Shown: one piece after another, positions 13,279 through 21,554 of the stretch
Layout of the letters: the number at the start of each line of letters is the position of its first letter
Position numbering within the stretch: the first letter of the stretch is position 1
The notes under the pieces: generated by a model
What the model was told of the DNA's origin: nothing
Databases searched by the model: none
Seen by the model: only the letters and a program-made list of their open reading frames with translations
Assembly (NCBI GenBank): GCA_017499595.2
Contig: CM039000.1
Span: 3,720,001 to 3,784,000, forward strand
Origin: Psilocybe cubensis
Lineage: Eukaryota
Length of the DNA stretch: 64,000 nt
Direction of reading: 5' to 3'
Made by a program: the position numbers and the translations under genes

Positions 13279-14175
13279 GAACGATTAATTTGCTCTGCCA
13301 GTACCTGGCATGCTCTACTTAGTAGAATCTTGCAGCATCACAAAACACTTGTGGACCAAAGCTCCCCAATAACTACTCAGACATTGTATTGACAGTATAA
13401 CAATATTACAGAACGATTAATTTGCTATGCCAGTACCTGGCATGCTCTAAGATTGGGCTCATTAGGAACCAGCACCCCCTTAGGTAAGCAAAAGTTGGCT
13501 TACTTCTGCACTCACACTATTCTACATTTTTGAACCACAGATATGTAGATTATGCTTTTTTGAACACATCTGTGGTTTTTTTTTTCAAAAAAATTTCGAT
13601 TTCAAGAAGTTATAAAGATTTTAATTTTTTTCCCTTTTTTTTTACTCTAACACATCAGAAATGGTGTTTTCTCGAGTTTGGGAGATTTTCGAAAATTTGA
13701 CAATGTTCTTTTGGCCGCTTATATAATGATGCACGTGACTACACGTGACAGTAAGTCACGCCTAAGTAATACCTCTCAGACTCATTATGGACTTGCAAAG
13801 AATACAATTTGACCTCTGAGGTTTATTTCTATTATTGTGGGCATAAAGGCTAGTAGTAAGAAATGTATATGCACATTTATGAAATTTTTTTTCAAAAATT
13901 TTTTGTCTGAAAACATTTTCCGTCAACATAACTTTTGATTTTTTTTTTTCGAGCTGGATTTTGGCCGCTCTTGGCGCCAAGCCCGTTGATTACGTAAGGG
14001 TGCTGGTTCCTGCCCAATCTTAGTAGAATCTTGCCACATCACAAATGTCGGCAGGTCTCCCTGCTAGGTTCGCACGGGGTGCCATTTTCGCACGGGGTGA
14101 CAATCAAAACACTGGTGGATCACGTGTGCTTAAGCATTTTGGGTCCCCACAAAGGGGAGCAAGCTCCCCAATAAC
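13279..14175 (+). repeat. Local diverged tandem duplication (copy A ~13279-13373; copy B ~13411-14175, carrying the MITE and extra sequence)
   Basis: gaacgattaatttgct.tgccagtacctggcatgctcta...tagtagaatcttgc...aagctccccaataact occurs twice. Confidence 0.85.
13450..14020. mobile_element. MITE copy 1 (non-autonomous, Tc1/mariner-pogo-like, TA TSD)
   Basis: Left TIR AGATTGGGCTCATTAGGAACCAGCACCC; the right TIR has a 5-bp deletion. TA at 13448-13449 and 14021-14022. Near-identical inverted copy at 20963-21554. No transposase. Confidence 0.9.
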
Positions 14176-14575
14176 TTGGAAGCGCTATGTAATGGGTCAA
14201 TGTTAGGAATAAATTCACCCACCCGTTGTGACAGTGGACAAGTCAGAACGCATCATCAATCTCATGTACTTGAATGAATGTGTTGCAATGACAAGGCATG
14301 ACGAAAGAGAAACCTGCATGTACAAGCGCTCACATACGTCCAACAGTGTAACCCGGAGGAGGATCATCCGACAAGCCCTGCGCCCATGGTGATTGCTGCT
14401 GAGCCGTCAGATATTCTATCTGCTCTTGCATTATCTGTAATTGCTCTTTCATCTCCTCCGCGCTCATCTCTGCATCCTCAGTTCCAGTGGCAGTAGGATT
14501 GCCATGTGGTGATGGGTATTGTTGAGCGGATGTCCTCCTAGTTACTCGATTGTTGGATATATCGGCTGCCAATGT

Positions 14576-14895
14576 TGTTGAGCAGCATAATGTGCCCAAA
14601 ACTACTCTACACAGTCTATGTACGCAGTGGCTAAGGACTTGACTTAATACTTACCCTTTGGGTCGTGTTACTTGAGTTGTAGCTACTCGAGTGGGTTGTG
14701 AAAAACCGCTTGTCATTAGAGGGCACTAGCGTCGCCCTTATATACACCTAGAGTGCGTTACATGTGACTAGTGACAGTAACTACTGTATAGTACTTAGTC
14801 ATCTATCTACTTAGTAATCTATTCACATGACTTATCATATGACTCTGAGAGTCACACGGTCGATCGTGAACTTTATTAATAATAGTCGTTCAACA
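14576..14895 (-). repeat. 3' LTR (320 bp)
   Basis: TGTTGAG...TTCAACA. No differences seen by eye versus 20492-20811. Adjacent polypurine tract GAAGGGGAG on the minus strand at 14896-14904. Confidence 0.97.
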
Positions 14896-14954
14896 CTCCC
14901 CTTCAAGTGGTGCGCGTGCCATAAGGCGGGACTCTACTTGTTTTCATGAACGGA

Positions 14955-17900
14955 CTAATCTAGCGGGTAAAACTCAAGGCCAAGAGCGGATCTATGTTTC
15001 AAGAATAGATCAGGACCTAGATTCTTGGTAAACATATCGGCAACGTTATCAGCAGTCGGAACTGCATATAATTTGAGTGTGCCTTGCTCTATTTGTTCCC
15101 GTATGTAATGATAGCGAATCTCCACGTGCTTAATCCCTTTTTGTGTCACGGGATTCTGCGCGTTGAATATTGCACCATGTGAGTCCGCATAGACTGGGAC
15201 GTGAGAAATTGGTTTGGCCAGTTCCGCAAATAGATTTTTAATCCATGCGCAATCTTTGGCGCAGTCGGAGAGTGCCATGTATTCACTCATAGTAGACGAC
15301 GTCGAGACTAACTTCTGTGTCTGTGATTTCCACATGACCGCAGCATTTGCCAAGCTAAAGAAGTAACCTTGTGCAGACCGACGCTTAAGGTCGAGCTCTG
15401 ATTGGTCATCTCCATAAGAGGCGTCACAATAGGCATATAGGCCTGCGCGAGACTTCCCATCATAAACTAAGGCATATTTGCGTGTGCCAACAAGGTACCG
15501 CATAATATATTTAGCCTTGTTCATGTGGTCTTCAGACGGATTGGAAGCAAACTTCGCCATCTGAGTCACTGCATAGGCAATATCAGGTCTAGTTCCAAGC
15601 ATTAGGTAAAGCAAGGAACCAATCACTGATTGGTACTGCGAGCGAAGTTGTGCCGAACTAGTACCATCGAACGGTATTGGGCGATAGCCCGTGGGTAAGG
15701 GAGTTCTAGCAGCTTTAGCATCGCTCATGCCAAACCGAGTTAGAACCTTCTCCAAATAGTTGGCTTGACTCAAGAGGATTTTGCCGTCTTTATAATCAAT
15801 AGCCATGCGGAGAAACTCCCGTGATTCTCCGAGATCCCGGCAATCCCACTTCTTCATAAAGAGATCTTTCTTCTGTCGTGAGAGTTCGGAGTTAGGTCCG
15901 GTGATCTGGATGTCGTCGACATAGGCAAACATTATTGCTAACGTGCCGTCGGTATGACGTGAGATGAAGATGCCGGCGTCCGAGTATAGTCTGGTGAATC
16001 CAAGCTCTTTTAGACTTCTGTCTAGCTCGAACCACCATGCTCGTGCGGCTTGTTTGAGCCCATAAATTGCCTTTTTAAGCCGGAGTACTTTCTTCTCCTG
16101 TCCCTTTAGAACAAAGCCCTCAGGCTGTTCCATATATATCTCCTCGTCTAACGGCCCATAAAGGAAGGCCGATATGACGTCAAGGGACCAGACTTTCCAC
16201 CCTTCGAGTGCGGCAAGGGCAAATATTGTGCGAACACTTGGTAGCATGACCACAGGTGAGAATAACTCATCGTAGTCTAGGCCTTCTATCTGTAAGAAGC
16301 CTTTGGCTACCAGACGAGCCTTTTTCCGACCATCAGTTTTGATGTCGTAGACCCATCTGCATTTGATGGCTTTTCGGCCATTAGGGAGATCGACAAGCTC
16401 ATAGACCTCTCTTTTGACGAGGACCTCTAACTCGTCTTTCATGGCTTGTCTCCATTCCTTCTGTTGGTCAGCTGGTAATTTCAGCAAATCACGCAGGGTC
16501 CAGTCACGGACATCCTTTGTGAGACCATAATCAGCAGCGCAGATAATTTCGCAGACCCGTTTGGAAAGTAATGTCGCGAAAAGACTGTTTGCTACTCCCC
16601 CTTCCGTCCCTGAATTAGGGATACCAGATTCAACATTGCGATTGCTACTAGATCGAGTAAGTGGCACGTAATCAGGGACGGATGCCACTCCGTGTGAAAC
16701 AGTCTGCAGCTTCTTACGTCGATCTTTATCGGTTGTTGTTCCGGGTCGGTAAACATTGCCTTCCCGCTCTGGTACTTTCCGAGTTCTATCCGACCTTCTG
16801 GGCGGAGGCTTGACAAGTGTATCAGGCATTTTTGGTCTTTGATTTGACGTGGGAGGTGTTACGTATCCCTGATCGTCATCCTGATCATCGTCATCGTCAC
16901 GAGGAGGATGTGAACTAGGCCCTGGCATAGAACTTGGAGGACTGGCGGACCGTGGGCTCGGTTGATCGCCTGTCTCTTTCGGCAGAGGTGGCATTGGAAA
17001 GTCGTCGTTATCGGAATCTGTCGACTCACTTCCATAGCCGATTTCAAAGGAGGGTCCCTTTGGTTTTGGAGGATTAAAGTGTGTGTTGGGTGGAATCTTC
17101 CTCTTAGATTCACACTTTGGGAATAAGGTTTCATCGAATAGGGCCTTGTTCGCACGAAAGACCACATTATTCGGAGATCTCATAAAGATCATCACCGAAT
17201 TAGATTCGTAGCCAAGGAATGTCATCAACTCGGAACACGGTGATAACTTATTTTTACGCTGCTCCTTGTGTAGGTACACATAAGCTGCGCATCCCAAAGT
17301 TTTAATTTTAGACACATCAGGTAACTCCCCCTTAAGGGCCTGATGGGGTGTCTTCCACTCAATGCGTTTTACCGGAGTCCTATTGTATAGGAAGACAGCG
17401 TGGGCACAGCAAAATTGCCACCAGCTATCCGGTAGACAGGCGTAATGCCTCATCGCTTCAGACTTTTCCATAATTGTCCTGTTTAGTCTTTCAGCTCGAC
17501 CATTGCTCTGATGAGCATAGGGAGCTGTAAAGCAGGCACGTGTACCGGCATTTTGTAGCCGTTCCAAGAACTCGGTACTAACGAATTCTCCGCCATTATC
17601 AAAGAAGTATTCTTTGACGGAGGTACCGTACTGTTTTTCCACCATTTTCTCGAAAGAATTCACAGCCGCAGCGGCATCACTCTTCTTTTTAAGAAAGTAG
17701 AGCCATACGTGTGGGGTGTGGTCGTCCAAAAAGGACATGAAGTATTTACACTTCTGGTAGGAATAAACAGAAAATGTCTTGAGATCACAATGAATACGAT
17801 CAAAAGGCTTCTTCGCGCGTTTGGGGTTTTCGTCATATGACTTATCAGTCATTTTACCCTTCGCGCAGCCTTCACAGATATTTTTGTCCTTGGGTACACT

Positions 17901-20207
17901 TATTTTGGGAAAGTTCTTAGTGGAGTCCCTAAAATGTCTTAGAACATCGTCAGAGGGATGACCAAGGCGTCGATGCCAAAGGTCACTTGACTCTTGAAGA
18001 GTCGAAGATAACGTGCTAATGTTTTCTCCAGAGACAATGCGCGTATGCACCCAATACATTGGATGTCTGTTCGATTCAATTGAATCTGCCCTGGCCTGCA
18101 GGCCATATGATTTTTTAGGCAAATCAAAGAACCGAAGGACTTTAGCTGTTCCTTCTATGGTCATGCCGGATGACAGGAGTTGTCCCATCGACATTAATCG
18201 AACATGTAATTGTTCCATGTATAGAACAGGATGGAGTCGGCGGACTTCATGTCCCAGATCCTCGGAGTGGGAAACCACTTCTACAAAGACTGTTCCAAAA
18301 CCGGTGATAGGCACCGTGGTAGTGGCAGTTTGCGAAATAGGTCGATTATTCTCAGCAAAGTCTTGATAACTCGCAAAATCAGACTTATCGCCAGTAAAGT
18401 GCACACTAGCACCACTGTCCATTAACCAAGCCGTTATGACTTTTTTTCCCTTTTTGGGTTTTTCAGTTCCTTTTCCTTTGCAATCTGGACAACACGCAAA
18501 ATGAGATAGATATTTTTGGTATACATCATGTACAAATGAGTAGTAAATATCTACAGGGAACTCCTCCTCCTCCGGCCGGTCGACTGTTGAGTCGTTGTCG
18601 TCTCTAGATGGGGTAGTCCCTGTGGGAATCTCAGTGTTATTTATGGTCCAATTGCTAGAACTAGAACTTACTTGCCTATCAACGAAATGGTCATCGTAGT
18701 AACCATCATAGAGATCCTCATCATCTTCTCCGTAATCCACACGTTCCTCAATAGGAACATCAGGAGACCGTTCTCTCTGATCATCAAAGTTTGGGATATC
18801 ACCCCATTGCTTTGGTTCCGGTCCGAATAGCTCATTATTAAGCTTTTCGATCTCCGGAGATGTGATCTCACCATCAACGACCATGTGATCGTCAATAGTT
18901 TCAGAGTTGACGGGCGGAGTCTTCAACCTTTCTGCGAGGGAGACATCCGAAGGAATTTGTAAGCTGCTCGTGGCAACGCTTTCCATGATCTGGAGTGCCT
19001 GCGAAGTAGGCTTTACACCAATTCTGGAAGCTAGGCTGCGTGCGGCAGCAGGAGCCGGGTATGGCGCCATGCGTGTGTCCGGATTTCTCCAGGGCCCAGC
19101 CGGAGCAGAGGTACGGGAGGAGATACTTCCTCTACCGTTGATCTCGATGATCCTTGACGTGGTGGGAGCTGGAATTGCTGGTTCGAGAACCGTCAATGTT
19201 GATGCCATAAAGACATCATCCGCTAAGGCTGTATTGCCTTGTGCACGCTGCTTGCCTTTGCCTCGTGGGGCACGCTTACGAATCCTCTTCTCCTGATTAT
19301 CACCCTGAGACTGTCCCTGATTAGGGGTCTTCGAAGGATGATAGTGGGGGTGTTCCCCTTTTGGTCGGATCGCAGTATTGCGTTCAGCCGACTGTTGCGG
19401 TGCCCGGGAAGGGCCGGTCTTTGGTGCAGGCTTAGGGTCATATGTCGTACCCTTTTTAGGCTTTTGCCTGTCATCCAGATTACCAAACCGCGCTCCCCAA
19501 CGATTGCGGATATCAGCAGAGATAGCCTCCAGCTTCATGTCGTCAATCTTGGTCTTGTCTCCATAATCATTAATAAGGTCTTGATATATGGAGGGCGGTT
19601 GATTGGGCGATACCGCAAGGGGTAAACGTGAGAATAAGATGAGACATGCCATGGTCTCGGATACTAGATCCGCATTTTCGACCTTTTTGACATGCTCGTA
19701 GATGGCTCTGAAACGGGCCAGCTGAGGGGTAGGATCCGAAAGATCAAATTTGAAGGTGGTCAGACGTTTAAAGTCCTCCATCACTTCAACAAATTGAACT
19801 TTATCGTATTTTGCTTTCAGATCATCCCATGCCCCCTTCGCGGTCTTTCCCTTGACTGTTTCCCAAATAGATGGGATCAAGGAATTCGCGATGACACCTA
19901 GTGCCTTGGAATTCTGCTCCTTAAAGTCTTTCATCGTTTTTTCAAACGACGAAGATCTTTGCGACCAGCGTTGAAATTGGATTTTCCACAGCTCAATTTG
20001 AGCTGCGTTAACAGTTGTTGCCGGAGCAACAGGGGATGGGAATGCAGGCTCTCCTTCAATTGGAGAAGGGGCCACGACATCTCCAGAGATAACCCCATCA
20101 ACGCCAGTCAGGAGGAATATGGGAAGCATTTTGTCAGCCCATTTACGATAGTTGGAACCATCAAATTTGGGGAATTCGGAAACGGATACAGTTGCTTTGG
20201 AAGACAT
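14955..20207 (-). CDS. Copia Gag-Pol polyprotein (Gag, protease, integrase, RT, RNase H)
   Basis: Uninterrupted ORF with first ATG at 20207. Motifs in Copia order PR-IN-RT-RH: FDGSNYRKW (gag), WLMDSGASVH (PR), LWHRRLGHP..CEGC (IN zinc finger), SNGRAERLNRT, KARLVAKG, YGLKQA, YVDD, KHVEIRYH, ADMFTK. Confidence 0.97.
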   Translation of the reverse strand: MSSKATVSVSEFPKFDGSNYRKWADKMLPIFLLTGVDGVISGDVVAPSPIEGEPAFPSPVAPATTVNAAQIELWKIQFQRWSQRSSSFEKTMKDFKEQNSKALGVIANSLIPSIWETVKGKTAKGAWDDLKAKYDKVQFVEVMEDFKRLTTFKFDLSDPTPQLARFRAIYEHVKKVENADLVSETMACLILFSRLPLAVSPNQPPSIYQDLINDYGDKTKIDDMKLEAISADIRNRWGARFGNLDDRQKPKKGTTYDPKPAPKTGPSRAPQQSAERNTAIRPKGEHPHYHPSKTPNQGQSQGDNQEKRIRKRAPRGKGKQRAQGNTALADDVFMASTLTVLEPAIPAPTTSRIIEINGRGSISSRTSAPAGPWRNPDTRMAPYPAPAAARSLASRIGVKPTSQALQIMESVATSSLQIPSDVSLAERLKTPPVNSETIDDHMVVDGEITSPEIEKLNNELFGPEPKQWGDIPNFDDQRERSPDVPIEERVDYGEDDEDLYDGYYDDHFVDRQVSSSSSNWTINNTEIPTGTTPSRDDNDSTVDRPEEEEFPVDIYYSFVHDVYQKYLSHFACCPDCKGKGTEKPKKGKKVITAWLMDSGASVHFTGDKSDFASYQDFAENNRPISQTATTTVPITGFGTVFVEVVSHSEDLGHEVRRLHPVLYMEQLHVRLMSMGQLLSSGMTIEGTAKVLRFFDLPKKSYGLQARADSIESNRHPMYWVHTRIVSGENISTLSSTLQESSDLWHRRLGHPSDDVLRHFRDSTKNFPKISVPKDKNICEGCAKGKMTDKSYDENPKRAKKPFDRIHCDLKTFSVYSYQKCKYFMSFLDDHTPHVWLYFLKKKSDAAAAVNSFEKMVEKQYGTSVKEYFFDNGGEFVSTEFLERLQNAGTRACFTAPYAHQSNGRAERLNRTIMEKSEAMRHYACLPDSWWQFCCAHAVFLYNRTPVKRIEWKTPHQALKGELPDVSKIKTLGCAAYVYLHKEQRKNKLSPCSELMTFLGYESNSVMIFMRSPNNVVFRANKALFDETLFPKCESKRKIPPNTHFNPPKPKGPSFEIGYGSESTDSDNDDFPMPPLPKETGDQPSPRSASPPSSMPGPSSHPPRDDDDDQDDDQGYVTPPTSNQRPKMPDTLVKPPPRRSDRTRKVPEREGNVYRPGTTTDKDRRKKLQTVSHGVASVPDYVPLTRSSSNRNVESGIPNSGTEGGVANSLFATLLSKRVCEIICAADYGLTKDVRDWTLRDLLKLPADQQKEWRQAMKDELEVLVKREVYELVDLPNGRKAIKCRWVYDIKTDGRKKARLVAKGFLQIEGLDYDELFSPVVMLPSVRTIFALAALEGWKVWSLDVISAFLYGPLDEEIYMEQPEGFVLKGQEKKVLRLKKAIYGLKQAARAWWFELDRSLKELGFTRLYSDAGIFISRHTDGTLAIMFAYVDDIQITGPNSELSRQKKDLFMKKWDCRDLGESREFLRMAIDYKDGKILLSQANYLEKVLTRFGMSDAKAARTPLPTGYRPIPFDGTSSAQLRSQYQSVIGSLLYLMLGTRPDIAYAVTQMAKFASNPSEDHMNKAKYIMRYLVGTRKYALVYDGKSRAGLYAYCDASYGDDQSELDLKRRSAQGYFFSLANAAVMWKSQTQKLVSTSSTMSEYMALSDCAKDCAWIKNLFAELAKPISHVPVYADSHGAIFNAQNPVTQKGIKHVEIRYHYIREQIEQGTLKLYAVPTADNVADMFTKNLGPDLFLKHRSALGLEFYPLD

Positions 20208-20479
20208 TCTTAGTGCGCTTAAAGCTTGAGCCTGTGACAAAAATAAGTCAGCAAGGCTTTTTTCACATCCTGAACTTAAAATAGAAGGAAACAGTTGGGC
20301 TGGTCAGGCCCGATCAATCTCAAGATCAGATCTAAGATCCAATCGAGATTAAGATCTTTTGCACACTCATCTAGATTGCCAAAATAGGCGTTATCTTTCA
20401 GAGCAGCATGGGGCAAGTATTGTCCCTATGCCAGTGCCGTCGACAGCAAGGCTAACAAGCCTGCGTCGTTATGGCTACG

Positions 20480-20491
20480 GGGCCCATAACC
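20480..20491 (-). promoter_or_regulatory. Primer-binding site GGTTATGGGCCC (internal tRNA-iMet / half-tRNA type, as in copia and Ty5)
   Basis: Directly abuts the 5' LTR on the minus strand. Confidence 0.8.
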
Positions 20492-20811
20492 TGTTGAGCA
20501 GCATAATGTGCCCAAAACTACTCTACACAGTCTATGTACGCAGTGGCTAAGGACTTGACTTAATACTTACCCTTTGGGTCGTGTTACTTGAGTTGTAGCT
20601 ACTCGAGTGGGTTGTGAAAAACCGCTTGTCATTAGAGGGCACTAGCGTCGCCCTTATATACACCTAGAGTGCGTTACATGTGACTAGTGACAGTAACTAC
20701 TGTATAGTACTTAGTCATCTATCTACTTAGTAATCTATTCACATGACTTATCATATGACTCTGAGAGTCACACGGTCGATCGTGAACTTTATTAATAATA
20801 GTCGTTCAACA
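20492..20811 (-). repeat. 5' LTR (320 bp)
   Basis: Direct repeat of 14576-14895. Minus-strand TATA-like TATATAAG at ~20653-20660. Confidence 0.97.
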
Positions 20812-20962
20812 AATGTTGCCATTTCAAATTGTAACGAACGAAGGCGCTCATCGAGTTCTCTTTGTCGAGCATGTCGAATAACATCAACGGCCTTTCCACG
20901 ACCTATTGCTGAGACATTGCCATTTGGAGCAGATAAGTGATCCCCAGGAGTAACGGAAACTA

Positions 20963-21554
20963 AGATTGGGCTCATCAGGAACCAGCACCCTTACGTAATC
21001 AACGGGCTTGGCGCCAAGAGCGGCCAAAATCCAGCTCGAAAAAAAATCAAAAGTTATGTTGACGGAAAATGTTTTCAGACAAAAAATTTTTGAAAAAAAA
21101 TTTCATAAATGTGCATATACATTCCTTACTACTAGCCTTTATGCCCACAATAATAGAAATAAACCTCAGAGGTCAAATTGTATTCTCTGCAAGTCCATAA
21201 TGAGTCTGAGAGGTATTACTTAGGCGTGACTTACTGTCACGTGTAGTCACGTGCATCATTATATAAGCGGCCAAAAGAACATTGTCAAATTTTCGAAAAT
21301 CTCCCAAACTCGAGAAAACACCATTTCTGATGTGTTAGAGTAAAAAAAAAGGGAAAAAAATTAAAATCTTTATAACTTCTTGAAATCAAAATTTTTTTGA
21401 AAAAAAAAACTACAGATGTGTTCAAAAAAGCATAATCTACATATCTGTGGTTCAAAAATGTAGAATAGTGTGAGTGCAGAAGGGCTGAAAAGGTTCGGAG
21501 GTAAGCCAACTTTTGCTTACCTAAGGGGGTGCTGGTTCCTGATGAGCCCAATCT
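20963..21554. mobile_element. MITE copy 2 (592 bp, perfect 28-bp TIRs, TA TSD)
   Basis: AGATTGGGCTCATCAGGAACCAGCACCC ... GGGTGCTGGTTCCTGATGAGCCCAATCT, with TA at 20961-20962 and 21555-21556. Inserted in a coding exon. Confidence 0.93.

Larger units (their letters stand above)
14576..20811 (-). mobile_element. Full-length Ty1/Copia LTR retrotransposon
   Basis: TG...CA LTRs at 14576-14895 and 20492-20811. 5-bp TSD AATGT at 14571-14575 and 20812-20816. PBS and PPT are present, with one intact gag-pol ORF. Confidence 0.98.

Noticed and set aside
13762-13980. 72-aa ORF, duplicated at 21008-21223
   Set aside because: Lies inside the MITE, starts at TTG, is driven by A-tracts and has no transposase motifs.
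14046-14102. 57-bp TGTC...GACA segment with a TTCGCACGGGGTG direct repeat, absent from duplicate copy A
   Set aside because: No clean TSD and too short to call a solo LTR or mini-element.
14576-20811. Long direct repeats as a possible CRISPR array or segmental duplication
   Set aside because: They are LTRs with TSD, PBS and PPT. There is no repeat-spacer array anywhere in this eukaryotic window.
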